This document shows, piece after piece, positions 8,291-18,358 of a stretch of DNA of 64,000 bases; positions within the stretch are counted from its first letter, which is position 1, and each line of letters starts with the position of its first letter. The stretch spans positions 124,001 to 188,000 of the forward strand of contig DATMBG010000021.1 in the NCBI GenBank assembly GCA_035559535.1, written 5' to 3'. The stretch is from Candidatus Limnocylindrales bacterium (GTDB lineage Bacteria; Moduliflexota; Moduliflexia; Moduliflexales; JAUQPW01). A model generated the notes under the pieces. It did no database searches and was not told the origin of the DNA. It worked only from the letters and a program-made list of their open reading frames with translations. A program made the position numbers and the translations under genes.

Positions 8291-10045
8291 TCACTCGATA
8301 TAGATCCTTAGTCTCTTGGGATTTACCCCCATGGTGCGCAGATAATCCAGTTTACTTTCGGGTACTTTCGTACTTGAGACCAGCACCTCTTTAACCCCGT
8401 AAGTACGGATCAAATCCGGCAGTTTTTGGGTATCAAAAATGCGACAACCATGGATAAGCTTACCGGTCTTACGGGTATCATCATCCACGAAGCCTACCGG
8501 CAGGTAGCGATGATTTGGATTATTAAGGATTTCTCGAATCAAAAGCTCACCTCCATCGCCTGCACCATAGATGAGTACCGGTTTTGCATCTGGCAGAAGG
8601 TTTGAGCGATCTACAATCAACACCCGCAGTAATCGAAAGGATAGACGGCTTGCACTTACAAATACCAAAAGCAGAAGGGCATTCAGTACCAATACACCCT
8701 GCGAAGGTCCGTGGAAGTTATAGATGGTGAACACAACCATTGAACTGGATGTTGCCCCCATGATGACCGATTTTGCGATGACGACGAGGTCATCAATTCC
8801 CGTGTAACGCCACAACCCGCTGTAAACCCCTCCCAGTAAGAAAAACGGCATTTGTATCATAATCATCAGAGGGAGTGTTTCGATGAAAATGGCCAGTTGT
8901 TGGTCTGGTAGACTGGCATCCCAGCGCAATACATAGGCCCCATAGTAGGCCATGACCACAAGGATCACATCCAGCAAGATTTCGAAGACACGACGTTTAT
9001 AGTAGAAATCTGCCAGTGCATTAGTAATCGTATTCCCCGAGATGGGAGGTTCGTTCGCCGCCTGGATACTTACTTTACCCAGGTAAAGTCCCAGAAACAG
9101 GATGGTTAGTGCAAAGCTCGGGACGAGTAATAACACGGCTTCGACTTTTAGGACTCTAACCAGCAACGCCAGTATACCCGAAGCCGTCGCAAAAAGGTAA
9201 AGCATGAGGACGGCTCGACGTTCGGACATACCCAGGGCCACGAGCCGATGGGACGTATGGTCCCGTCCACCCTGAGAGATGGGGCGACCGGATAACTTCC
9301 GGGTGATCGTCACCATACAGGTATCAAAGATGGGGATCATCAGAATTAAAACCGGTGTGAATAAAACTGCGATGAGATTACGTGAACGGCCATAGTCACT
9401 GAGTAAAGCGATTCCACCCAGCATGAAACCTAAAAACATAGAGCCACAATCCCCCATGAAAATAGAGGCCGGATGAAAATTAAACACCAGAAACCCGAAC
9501 ACAGCACCGCCCAGAAGGGTCGAAATCAGGGCTTCCGGGGTCTGTCCATTGAGGAGGAAGGTAATCGTAAGAAACACACAGGAAATAAAGGTTATTCCAC
9601 CGGCAAGACCATCCATATTGTCCAGCAGATTAAGGGCATTGGTGATCCCTACCAGCCAAAAGATGGTTATGACATCGTTTATGGCCTTATAGCCTGTCCA
9701 GGGCAAGTGCAATCCAAAGTAAACGATCCCGGCCGCAGCAATCAACTGGATGATGAGTTTGGTGTAGGGTTTAATTTGAATAATATCATCTATCAGCCCG
9801 GTCAAAAACAGTAAGGTACCTGAGATCAGAATAGGATAAATGTACGAGGGTTTCGATCCAAAAAGAAGGTAACCTATACCAAACGCCAGATAAATGGCAA
9901 TGCCTCCCAGCAGAGGAGTAGCTTTTTTATGCCAGCGATCTTGCCGGGGGGTGGCTACAATACCGATCCAATATACAACGGCCCGGACTATGGGAGTCAG
10001 AGCCAATCCCAATAACCACGTACAGAGTCCGCCTAAGAGAATCAT
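8291..10045 (-). CDS. WecA/MraY-like undecaprenyl-phosphate HexNAc-1-P transferase fused to a CapD/PglF-like membrane plus CoA-binding (Rossmann) domain
   Basis: TPLLGGIAIY, GLIDD, NALNLLDNMDGL, IFMGDCGS, GRDHTSHRL, then VLIYGAGDGG and VGFVDDD. Confidence 0.85.
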   Translation of the reverse strand: MILLGGLCTWLLGLALTPIVRAVVYWIGIVATPRQDRWHKKATPLLGGIAIYLAFGIGYLLFGSKPSYIYPILISGTLLFLTGLIDDIIQIKPYTKLIIQLIAAAGIVYFGLHLPWTGYKAINDVITIFWLVGITNALNLLDNMDGLAGGITFISCVFLTITFLLNGQTPEALISTLLGGAVFGFLVFNFHPASIFMGDCGSMFLGFMLGGIALLSDYGRSRNLIAVLFTPVLILMIPIFDTCMVTITRKLSGRPISQGGRDHTSHRLVALGMSERRAVLMLYLFATASGILALLVRVLKVEAVLLLVPSFALTILFLGLYLGKVSIQAANEPPISGNTITNALADFYYKRRVFEILLDVILVVMAYYGAYVLRWDASLPDQQLAIFIETLPLMIMIQMPFFLLGGVYSGLWRYTGIDDLVVIAKSVIMGATSSSMVVFTIYNFHGPSQGVLVLNALLLLVFVSASRLSFRLLRVLIVDRSNLLPDAKPVLIYGAGDGGELLIREILNNPNHRYLPVGFVDDDTRKTGKLIHGCRIFDTQKLPDLIRTYGVKEVLVSSTKVPESKLDYLRTMGVNPKRLRIYIE

Positions 10046-10081
10046 CTGAGATTGATTGACCTGATTCAGAAGGTAGGGAAA

Positions 10082-11089
10082 TTAGATCTGAAAAGCAGCA
10101 GGAGCCGGAGTACCAACTTGTTTGGCGATTTTAGCTCTCTGATGCTCAATAACGCTCAGGAGTATCTCATCTAGAGTGATTTTCGGGGTATAACCGATCA
10201 ACTTATGTATTTTAGATAGATCTGGAACTCGCCGCAGCATGTCTTCGAAGCCTTGTTCATAGGCTTTATCGTAGGGGATGAAAACTATGCGGGAATTAGA
10301 CCCGGTTAGCTGTTTAATCCTTTCAGCGAGTTCTAAGATGGTAACTTCCTGGGTACTACCGATATTATAAACTTCTCCTACGGCCTGGGGATGCTCTGCA
10401 AGTTGGATCAGTGCTTCCACCACATCGGAAACATGGGTGAAACATCGACTCTGAGAACCATCTCCAAATACCGTGATATCTTCCCCTGTAAGAGCCTGAC
10501 GCACGAAGCTGGGGATTACCATGCCATAACGACCGGTTTGACGAGGACCGACCGTATTAAATAGCCTGGCAATGACGGTTGGAACGCGCTTCTCTTTCCA
10601 ATAGGCAATAGCTAAAAATTCGTCGATGGCCTTCGAACAGGCATAGCTCCATCGGGCCTTACTGGTTGGACCCATGACCAAATCATCATCTTCCCGAAAG
10701 GGGACCTGGTTCCGCTTGCCATAAACCTCTGAAGTTGAGGTAATAAGAACCCGTTTACGTTTCTTAGCAGCCAACTCCAGTACGATCTCGGTACCCCGGA
10801 TATTCGTCTCAATGGTTCTAACCGGACTTTCCACAATTAACCGGACACCCACGGCCGCTGCCAGATGATAGATGATATCGCACAAATCAATAAGCTCAGC
10901 AGTAAGCCGATAGTTATTGACCGTATCAATATAATAGGTAAAGTTAGGATGAGTTTTTATATGCCGGATATTCTCGATGGTACCGGTTGAGAGATCATCG
11001 ATAATGTAAACTTCATCGCCTCGATCCAGGTGACGCTCAACCAGGTGTGAACCGATAAATCCGGCCCCGCCTGTAATTAAAACCTTCAT
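10082..11089 (-). CDS. NAD-dependent nucleotide-sugar epimerase/dehydratase (extended SDR)
   Basis: ITGGAGFIGSH, STSEVYG, YACSK, RLFNTVGPRQ. Confidence 0.92.
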   Translation of the reverse strand: MKVLITGGAGFIGSHLVERHLDRGDEVYIIDDLSTGTIENIRHIKTHPNFTYYIDTVNNYRLTAELIDLCDIIYHLAAAVGVRLIVESPVRTIETNIRGTEIVLELAAKKRKRVLITSTSEVYGKRNQVPFREDDDLVMGPTSKARWSYACSKAIDEFLAIAYWKEKRVPTVIARLFNTVGPRQTGRYGMVIPSFVRQALTGEDITVFGDGSQSRCFTHVSDVVEALIQLAEHPQAVGEVYNIGSTQEVTILELAERIKQLTGSNSRIVFIPYDKAYEQGFEDMLRRVPDLSKIHKLIGYTPKITLDEILLSVIEHQRAKIAKQVGTPAPAAFQI

Positions 11090-11132
11090 GTACTACCTCC
11101 CGTATCCGGTTGAAGATTCCGAGTTGAAGGTT

Positions 11133-12428
11133 TCAGGTAAAAAAAGCCTGAGAAGTTGAAACGTTAAACTCGAAACTTGAAACGTTAGGACGGTTTATTA
11201 ATTCTCGATATAGATTTTCTATATCTCCTATGAGTCGATCTTTAGAGAAATTTGCCTTCACAAAGGCATGCCCTCGTTTTCCCATCTCACGACGGAGCTC
11301 TGGATGCTCCATTAAATATTTCAGTGCACGGGCAAATAGGAAAGCATTCTGACCGGGTACGGTAATTCCATGATCCCAAATTGAAAAACCGTTATGTAAT
11401 TCTCTGCGCGTACCCATCAGATCAACAACTCCCCCAACCTCTGTTGCTATGACCGCTCGATGGTAACATAAAGCCTCAAGCAATGTCAAGGGAGTTCCTT
11501 CATTAAGTGAGGTGAGTACCACCAGATCAAAAGCAGCATAAAGCGATAAGACATCTTTGCGGAAACCCAGAAACGTTACCTGGGCTGAAATACCCAGCTT
11601 ATGGGACAATGATTCCAATTCCTTGCGCAGATGACCGTCCCCCACCATAACGAGGTGGACCTGAACTTCTTGTGCGGTAAGTTGCGCTACGGCTTCGAGC
11701 AGCAGAGCAGGATTCTTGACTTCACATAAACGACCTACCATCCCGATGAGTAACTTATCTCGGGTTACTCCCAGTTCTTCTCGCAAATTGCTCCTATCTT
11801 CAGCCCTCTCATTTAAATCAATACCCAGCGGAATGACCCGAAACTGTTCGGGGTTTCCTACACGAAAATGTTCTGAGATTTCCCGACGTTGTTGTTCACT
11901 GATGGCAATGATCCGATCTGTAAAAAGCCTGGCTAAAATCCGTTCAATGGTGATGAAAAACCGGGTCTTGAAGGGACCGTAATAGCTATGGAAAATGTGA
12001 CCGTGGTAAGTATGTACAAGATAACATGTACGCGGACGGAGCCATAAGATCGAGGGAGTTGCCCATTTATAAATGATTCCGGCGATACGTCCCACGGCAC
12101 CGGCTTTGGCTTTATGGGTATGGATAATGTGGGGTTTCAATTTCCAGAACCGGTAGAGTAGTTTCAGGATGACTACCACGTCCCTCAGGTTGATCTCCCG
12201 GCTCATCTCCTGGATCACCACCGGGTTGACGCCTGCTGCACGGGCAAAATAGCCCATGTCGCCTTCACCCCATGGAACAATACCCGTGATAAGCACGGTT
12301 TCGAACTCTTTTGGATTCAACCCGGAGGTTAACCAGGTAACGTGCTTGGCCGGACCTCCAATGTTAAGCCGATCAATGATACGTACAACACGGATAGGAG
12401 TATGAGTCGAAGCCTTTTCTTGATTCAT
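11133..12428 (-). CDS. Glycosyltransferase family 4
   Basis: RLNIGGPA, HTHKAKAG, GRLCEVKN, SLNEGTPLTLLEA. Confidence 0.92.
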   Translation of the reverse strand: MNQEKASTHTPIRVVRIIDRLNIGGPAKHVTWLTSGLNPKEFETVLITGIVPWGEGDMGYFARAAGVNPVVIQEMSREINLRDVVVILKLLYRFWKLKPHIIHTHKAKAGAVGRIAGIIYKWATPSILWLRPRTCYLVHTYHGHIFHSYYGPFKTRFFITIERILARLFTDRIIAISEQQRREISEHFRVGNPEQFRVIPLGIDLNERAEDRSNLREELGVTRDKLLIGMVGRLCEVKNPALLLEAVAQLTAQEVQVHLVMVGDGHLRKELESLSHKLGISAQVTFLGFRKDVLSLYAAFDLVVLTSLNEGTPLTLLEALCYHRAVIATEVGGVVDLMGTRRELHNGFSIWDHGITVPGQNAFLFARALKYLMEHPELRREMGKRGHAFVKANFSKDRLIGDIENLYRELINRPNVSSFEFNVSTSQAFFT

Positions 12429-12477
12429 CAGGGGATATCAATCGGACTTCTAAGGGGTTTAATTAGTTTTGTTGAAG

Positions 12478-13251
12478 TTATTTAACTCCCCGGTAAATTC
12501 TGTACCTCAGGTATTCCGCCAGGGTAGGGTGACTCCACAACCTGGATCTTCCTTCCGGGTAGGGTTTAATTTCAATTCGATTTTCAAATACTTCCTGGAT
12601 TGCTTTTTTTAAAAGGGGAATACCTGTGGCCAGTTGAAGCAAAGGATAGGTGACAAAATTATCTTTTTCGGTTGGCTCCACAACCTGCTGTTCAAGTATC
12701 TTTCCAGTATCTATACCTGTATCAACCAGATGAACGGTAACCCCACAGGCCTTTGGGTTGTTTTCAACTAAGGCCCAATAAGCTCCATGGACCCCTCTGT
12801 AGAGAGGGGTAATACCCGCATGGATATTAAGGAATTTAGAAGGAACACAATTAAGGACTTTATCTGAAATAATACGGGTCCCGCTGATAACCACAACCGA
12901 TGGGTGGACTTCTTTCAAAATGCCCAGGGTTTCATCGGAATTGACCGATCTTACGCGGGTTATTTTAACCTCATGGATAGGTTCATCATTCAACTTGAAT
13001 TCCTCCATCAGCTCCAGAATACGTTTCTGTGAGATCATGCGAAGGTAAGGAACCATTCCTATCTGAAAAAGAATTTGTCCCAGCACTTTAAAAAAACCGA
13101 GCCTCTGAATCCGCCTCCTTAAAAATTCGGTCCTGGGAACCGGCTCCTCCAGGACGACGGTTTCTATAGGGAAATCGTTTTTGAGGGCGTGATAAAGGAT
13201 ATGGGTTGGTTTTCCAGGACCTGCCAACATAACAAGGGTATTAGTTTTCAT
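12478..13251 (-). CDS. Formyltransferase-domain protein (sugar N-formyltransferase-like)
   Basis: LNIHAGITPLYRG, GVTVHLVDTGIDTG. Confidence 0.85.
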   Translation of the reverse strand: MKTNTLVMLAGPGKPTHILYHALKNDFPIETVVLEEPVPRTEFLRRRIQRLGFFKVLGQILFQIGMVPYLRMISQKRILELMEEFKLNDEPIHEVKITRVRSVNSDETLGILKEVHPSVVVISGTRIISDKVLNCVPSKFLNIHAGITPLYRGVHGAYWALVENNPKACGVTVHLVDTGIDTGKILEQQVVEPTEKDNFVTYPLLQLATGIPLLKKAIQEVFENRIEIKPYPEGRSRLWSHPTLAEYLRYRIYRGVK

Positions 13252-14242
13252 AAGCCAGGGAATCGTCCAGACGACGTTGGGCCAGTTCTCCCATGTTGAG
13301 GCTTTCCATCCCGTACGCTTCTTTAAGACTTAAAAAATGATCCAATATTTTCCTGAGAAAAGACAGATTTTCTTCTAAGTGGATTCCAAAATTATGGGGA
13401 TGCCACCACAAATGGTAAATCCACCTCCTTCTGGCCGCATACGTCAGGTCGGATAAAATTCGCCGTAATCGAAGGGGTTCTAAAACTTTCAATCTGTGCG
13501 AGTAAGGTCGAAGAAAACGGCTTGAAGGAATGTTACAGGGAAGGGTAGATCCCAGTGTACCCATGGAATAAGAATTGTGCCCGGAGATATTAACGTAGGC
13601 ATCTATGAACCGAAGGACTCTTCTTAACAGGGATTCCTCCTCCCGACTTCTGGGTCTATATATCCAGGAATTTTCGTTTCCTCTATAAGCTTTTATACCC
13701 ATTTCCTTACAGACGGAGAGATACTCACCGTTAAATTGATTTCGGGGAAAAACCAGACTTTTAAGTTCGAGGCTATAGTTCCCGGCAGCTTTTATCGCGG
13801 CGCTTAAATCATCTTTAAATGCTTCGATATCCTGACCCTGTTCTAAACAGTAATAGTGAGAAAAAGTATGACTTCCGATTTCTTGATAAGGAAAAGAGGA
13901 GATAAGTCTTATCCACGAAGGTGCATAATGAAAAGGATCTTCTTCTTCATTCCAACCAATCTGATGAATCTCTTCATAAGGACAGAGTTTACTGTTTACG
14001 TAGGCTGGTTTTTTAACAGGGAGTCCTCGAAGTAACTCATCCCGATTTTCAAAAAATAAAAACCCAACCGTTGCCCATGTGGCATGGATACTATACTCCT
14101 CAAATAATTCTAAAAGGCGAGGTATTACGGAACGAACCCCTAAAAGATTTTCTTTATAACTTTCCAGGGTTTTTCTATCCCGCACGCCCCAATAGAGTTC
14201 AAAATCCAACGAAATAACAAAAATACCGTTTGGTTTGTTCAT
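13241..14242 (-). CDS. Polysaccharide deacetylase (CE4/NodB-like)
   Basis: ISLDFELYWG, ATWATVG, EIGSHTFSH, VFPRN, HLWWHPHN. Confidence 0.9.
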   Translation of the reverse strand: MNKPNGIFVISLDFELYWGVRDRKTLESYKENLLGVRSVIPRLLELFEEYSIHATWATVGFLFFENRDELLRGLPVKKPAYVNSKLCPYEEIHQIGWNEEEDPFHYAPSWIRLISSFPYQEIGSHTFSHYYCLEQGQDIEAFKDDLSAAIKAAGNYSLELKSLVFPRNQFNGEYLSVCKEMGIKAYRGNENSWIYRPRSREEESLLRRVLRFIDAYVNISGHNSYSMGTLGSTLPCNIPSSRFLRPYSHRLKVLEPLRLRRILSDLTYAARRRWIYHLWWHPHNFGIHLEENLSFLRKILDHFLSLKEAYGMESLNMGELAQRRLDDSLAYEN

Positions 14243-14299
14243 GGAACGATATCGCTTCTACATGGAAACAAGCGAAGGGGTAAGAGGGCGATGGGATTA

Positions 14300-16186
14300 T
14301 CAGGTCGGGAGTTCTCGATACCACAATTCCAGCATCAGTAAATTCCACAGTTTAAGGGAGTGATCTACCTGACGATCCAGGTGTTGGGTGAGGAGGTGGT
14401 TAATCTCCTGGAGTTTAAAACACTCACCGATGAAACTTCGTTGTGATAAAAGGGTATCTGAGAGCCATTGGCGTAATGGGCCTCGGAACCATTCTCCCAC
14501 CGGAACCCCAAAACCCATTTTACGTCTTCGGGAAATTTCGGTAGGGAGTATATCTTTAAAGGCAACCTTAAGCAAATATTTAGGGGTTCTTCCCCGTAAC
14601 TTCATCTGGGAGGGGAGTTTTGCCACAAATTCCATCACTTCATGGTCGAGAAAAGGGGATCTTACCTCCAGGCCATTAGCCATGGAGGTGATATCCACTT
14701 TTACCAGCAGGGCAAACGGCAGGTAAGACTGCACATCTACAGCCATGGAAGCCTCTACCGGATCCAGATCCTTGACTTCTTCAAACAGCGATTCCAGCCA
14801 GGCTTCCGGTCGTCTTTTGGTGAGTAGTTCACGTAAATCCCCCTTATAAAGTCTATCTTTCTCCATTTCGCTGAAGTAGCCCACCCAACGGCTATATCGT
14901 TCTGTTATAGAAGGATGGATTCCGGTTAAAAAGCGTTGTAGTCGCCGCAGAGGGCTTTTAGGATCTGGTGAATCCGGAAGGATAGGGGTTAAAAGCTTGA
15001 GAGTCCGTCCACCTCCTGGAATCCTGTGGATCCAATGGGCTATTTGATTCCCCCGGTAACGTGCATAGCCTGCGAAGTTTTCGTCTCCACCGTCTCCGTT
15101 AAGGGCAACCGTGACATAGGTTTGGGTCATCTGGGACAGATAGAAAGTTGGAACGGAGGCTTCATCGGCGTGGGGTTCGCCGTGATGGCGTGCCAGTTTT
15201 GGGAGAATGGGGAAGATATCCGATTTAACTATGAATTCATGATGATCCGTATTCCATCGTTGGGCCACGCAACGAGCATAAGCCAGTTCATTATAATTAA
15301 TTTCTTCAAAGCCAATGGAAAAGGTCTTTACCGGGCGATGGGATAGTTTTGCCATTAATCCGACTACGATACTGGAATCGATGCCGCCGGAAAGGAAAGC
15401 ACCTAAAGGCACATCGCTCCTTAGCCTTAACTGCACGGCCTCCGTAAGTTTCTCGCGTAGGGCTTCTGCAGCTTCCTCTTCACCCAGGGGCAACTTTGGA
15501 AGATAGGTTAGGGACCAATACCGTTCAACCTGAATCTGGAAACCCGAAGGGGTCGCTTCCAGCGTCAACCTATGTGCAGGCGGAAGTTTGTAAACATTGC
15601 GGAAAGCGGTTTTAGGGACCGGAATGTATCCCCAAGAAAGATAAGCATCGATGGCAGTAAAGTCTACCTCACGGGGAACAAGGGGATTGGCGAGCAGGCC
15701 CTGAAGTTCAGAGGCGAAAAGAAAAGAGTTACCGATCTGGGTGTAGCAGAGTGGTTTCTTACCGATGCGATCCCGTGCCAGGAAGAGTCGACGTCGGCGC
15801 TGATCCCAGAGGCCAAAAGCAAACATCCCACGAAATCGCTCAACACAAGCCGTACCCCACTGTTCATAGGCATGAACGATAACCTCCGTATCTGTCTGGG
15901 TACGGAAGCTGTGACCCAATCCCTCTAGTTCTTGTCGAAGTCTCTGAAAGTTATAAATTTCTCCGTTGAAAGTAACCCAGCAGGTACCCTCCTCATTAGA
16001 AAGGGGTTGACGTCCGGCTAAAGTGCGATCGATAATCGACAATCGACGATGACCCAGCGCACATATTTCATCGGACCATATCCCCCAATCGTCGGGACCC
16101 CGGTGATGTTGGGCCTCCAACATGGGCCAGATCTGGTACGCTAAGTTTTTAGCCGTATCGGAAAGAATTCCAGCAATTCCACACAT
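14300..16186 (-). CDS. asnB: Asparagine synthase-like glutamine amidotransferase (polysaccharide-locus type)
   Basis: N-terminal MCGIAG, HRGPD, HRRLSII, NGEIYN, LSGGIDSS, GDGGDE. Confidence 0.9.
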   Translation of the reverse strand: MCGIAGILSDTAKNLAYQIWPMLEAQHHRGPDDWGIWSDEICALGHRRLSIIDRTLAGRQPLSNEEGTCWVTFNGEIYNFQRLRQELEGLGHSFRTQTDTEVIVHAYEQWGTACVERFRGMFAFGLWDQRRRRLFLARDRIGKKPLCYTQIGNSFLFASELQGLLANPLVPREVDFTAIDAYLSWGYIPVPKTAFRNVYKLPPAHRLTLEATPSGFQIQVERYWSLTYLPKLPLGEEEAAEALREKLTEAVQLRLRSDVPLGAFLSGGIDSSIVVGLMAKLSHRPVKTFSIGFEEINYNELAYARCVAQRWNTDHHEFIVKSDIFPILPKLARHHGEPHADEASVPTFYLSQMTQTYVTVALNGDGGDENFAGYARYRGNQIAHWIHRIPGGGRTLKLLTPILPDSPDPKSPLRRLQRFLTGIHPSITERYSRWVGYFSEMEKDRLYKGDLRELLTKRRPEAWLESLFEEVKDLDPVEASMAVDVQSYLPFALLVKVDITSMANGLEVRSPFLDHEVMEFVAKLPSQMKLRGRTPKYLLKVAFKDILPTEISRRRKMGFGVPVGEWFRGPLRQWLSDTLLSQRSFIGECFKLQEINHLLTQHLDRQVDHSLKLWNLLMLELWYRELPT

Positions 16187-16229
16187 AGACCCAAACTAAA
16201 AGTTCACACTCTAAGATTTATTTAGAAGG

Positions 16230-17387
16230 CTACCCCATTGACATGAGATGTCTGGGTTGATCGGAGAATTCTTCGACGGGTTCATTGAGTAAAATTTTTA
16301 TAATACGTTCTGCAGCCCGTCCATCCCCATAGGGATTGATAGCTTGCGCCATTTGTTGATAAGCAAATGTGTTTTCCCATAAATGAATAAAGGTATCCAG
16401 GATCTTAGAAGCATCTGTTCCTACAAGGTAAGCAGCTCCTGCCATAACGGCTTCTGGCCGTTCTGTGACTTCTCGTAATACCAGTACCGGTTTTCCCAGG
16501 CCTGGGGCTTCCTCTTGAATTCCTCCAGAGTCGGTTAGAATCAAATAAGAATGTGCCATAACCTGAATCAAGGATCGATAGGTTAAAGGAGGGGTTAGCT
16601 TCACTTGCGATAAATTTCCCAGTAATTGCTTTACAGGTTCCTGGACATTCGGATTGGGATGTACAGGGTAGACAATCCGGATGGCATCTCCATAGCGGAG
16701 ACAAATTTGTCTTACTGCCTGACAGATAGTTTCGATACCTCGACCGAAATTCTCACGTCGATGGACTGTGAGCAGTACTACGCGTATATCTGGATTCTGG
16801 GGTAATATCTTATTTATCAGTTCATCCTCCAGGGGGAGTTTTGCAATCCATTGAAGGGCATCAATAACAGAATTGCCGGTAACCCATATAGTTTCCGGCT
16901 TTACATGTTCTTTCAGTAAATTTTGACGTGCTATTTCTGTGGGCGCAAAATGTTTATCAGCTATAAGAGTGGTAATATTACGGTTAACTTCCTCTGGAAA
17001 AGGCTGCCACTTATTGTATGTTCGCAATCCGGCTTCCACATGCCCTACACCCACTTTAGCGTAAAAAGCTGCAAGAGAAGCAGCCAGCGTTGTGGTCGTA
17101 TCTCCCTGAACCAACACCCAGTCGGGTTGTTCGTGCTTCAAAATTGGTTCCAAACGAGAAAGAATAGCAGAGGCTACTTGCGTCGGAGTTTGATTATCCA
17201 TCATGATATTCAAATCATATTCCGGCTTGATATTAAAAAGATACAAGACCTGATCCATCATTTCTCGATGCTGGGCGGTAACCACTACTTTAGTACGGAT
17301 ACGATCCGCATGCTGGCCCAGTGCTTTAATAATGGGTGCCATTTTAATTGCCTCTGGACGGGTTCCTATGACGGAAAGAACTTTCAT
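16230..17387 (-). CDS. wecB: UDP-N-acetylglucosamine 2-epimerase (non-hydrolysing)
   Basis: GTRPEAIKMAP, QGDTTT, HVEAGLR, TDSGGIQEEAP, NPYGDG. Start moved to MKVLSV because the upstream extension is read from a REP. Confidence 0.95.
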   Translation of the reverse strand: MKVLSVIGTRPEAIKMAPIIKALGQHADRIRTKVVVTAQHREMMDQVLYLFNIKPEYDLNIMMDNQTPTQVASAILSRLEPILKHEQPDWVLVQGDTTTTLAASLAAFYAKVGVGHVEAGLRTYNKWQPFPEEVNRNITTLIADKHFAPTEIARQNLLKEHVKPETIWVTGNSVIDALQWIAKLPLEDELINKILPQNPDIRVVLLTVHRRENFGRGIETICQAVRQICLRYGDAIRIVYPVHPNPNVQEPVKQLLGNLSQVKLTPPLTYRSLIQVMAHSYLILTDSGGIQEEAPGLGKPVLVLREVTERPEAVMAGAAYLVGTDASKILDTFIHLWENTFAYQQMAQAINPYGDGRAAERIIKILLNEPVEEFSDQPRHLMSMG

Positions 17388-17398
17388 TGCGCAAGACA

Positions 17399-17426
17399 GT
17401 AAGGGCACGGCGCGCCATGCCCCTAC
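17399..17426. repeat. GTAG-type REP-like palindrome
   Basis: gtaagggcacggcgcgccatgcccctac, a close relative of the copy at 56376-56404. Confidence 0.75.
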
Positions 17427-17456
17427 TTAGACCTGGCAGGATTCAATAAGGGGGAC

Positions 17457-17672
17457 TTAATACACTGTTTACTTAGTTTTGCTTGACTTTTAAGTGGCCT
17501 TCACCCCCGGTCCCTCTCCCCTCACCCCCGGTCCTCCTCTCCTGGGTAGGGGCGGGAGGCCTCCCGCCCCTACGGAGAGGGGGGATTGGGGGGCTAGGGG
17601 GGGATGGGGGTGAGGGGAGTTGGAGAGTAAAAGTAACCCTATGAGGTCAAAATTAAGATAACAGCGCATTAA
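17457..17672. mobile_element. MITE-like element with 25-bp imperfect terminal inverted repeats and nested palindromes
   Basis: Left ttaatacactgtttacttagttttg versus reverse complement of the right end ttaatgcgctgttatcttaattttg (20/25 identical). No ORF inside. Confidence 0.6.
17546..17573. repeat. GTAG-type REP-like perfect palindrome
   Basis: gtaggggcgggaggcctcccgcccctac (28 bp, perfect), sitting inside a CTCACCCCC...GGGGGTGAG shell. Confidence 0.8.
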
Positions 17673-17722
17673 TTCTATTGGACTATCAGATTAACTAAAA
17701 ACCTCTCCAAAAGATAACCTTA

Positions 17723-18355
17723 CTATGAAGGCAAAGGAGAAAGGATGCCGTTTATAAGCCTATAACCTTTTCCACACCGTTTACAATGTACTACCTCTTT
17801 AACAGAGAGTAGATCCGTATTACCCAGTGGATAACCACAAGCACTGACATACCCATGCACACGAGCAGGAGAGCCAAAGGCTAAGGCATAAGCAGGAATG
17901 CTCCTGGTTACCACACTACCCATCCCGATCATTGCAAACTCGCCAAGTTCTATGCCGGGACCAATTGTGGCATTTGCTCCTATTGTTACCCCCCGTCGAA
18001 CTATCGTCTGCAGCGTTTCATCGGTTGGTTCTGAAGGCATCAGATCGCTAAAATCGGGTAGGATGGCTCGAGGAAACTTATCATTGGTAAAAACAGTATG
18101 GGCAGAGATCATCACACCATCTTCAATGGTTACCGCAGTACAGATATAAACCCCGGCATTTAGTTTAACAAGGTTACCGATTTGCACAGCATAGGCAATG
18201 TATGTTTTTTCACCAACAATACACTTCTTCCCTATCCGGGTTCCACGCCGAATATGAACATTATCCCAGATAACAGAACCCTCTCCTATTTGAACCCCTT
18301 CTTCGATTAAAGCAGTTGGATGAATGCGAACATTGGGGAAGCGCGGGTCGGTCAT
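17723..18355 (-). CDS. Hexapeptide-repeat sugar N-acetyltransferase (WbpD/WlbB-like)
   Basis: IHPTALIEEGVQIGEG, VFTNDKFPR, GANATI, GSPARVHG, C-terminal Cys cluster (C..CKRC). Confidence 0.88.
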   Translation of the reverse strand: MTDPRFPNVRIHPTALIEEGVQIGEGSVIWDNVHIRRGTRIGKKCIVGEKTYIAYAVQIGNLVKLNAGVYICTAVTIEDGVMISAHTVFTNDKFPRAILPDFSDLMPSEPTDETLQTIVRRGVTIGANATIGPGIELGEFAMIGMGSVVTRSIPAYALAFGSPARVHGYVSACGYPLGNTDLLSVKEVVHCKRCGKGYRLINGILSPLPS

Positions 18356-18358
18356 AGG

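Noticed and set aside
14300-16186. AsnB-like gene as a lasso-peptide cyclase
   Set aside because: It has an intact N-terminal Cys glutaminase domain, no nearby precursor or B-protein genes, and a glycan-locus context.
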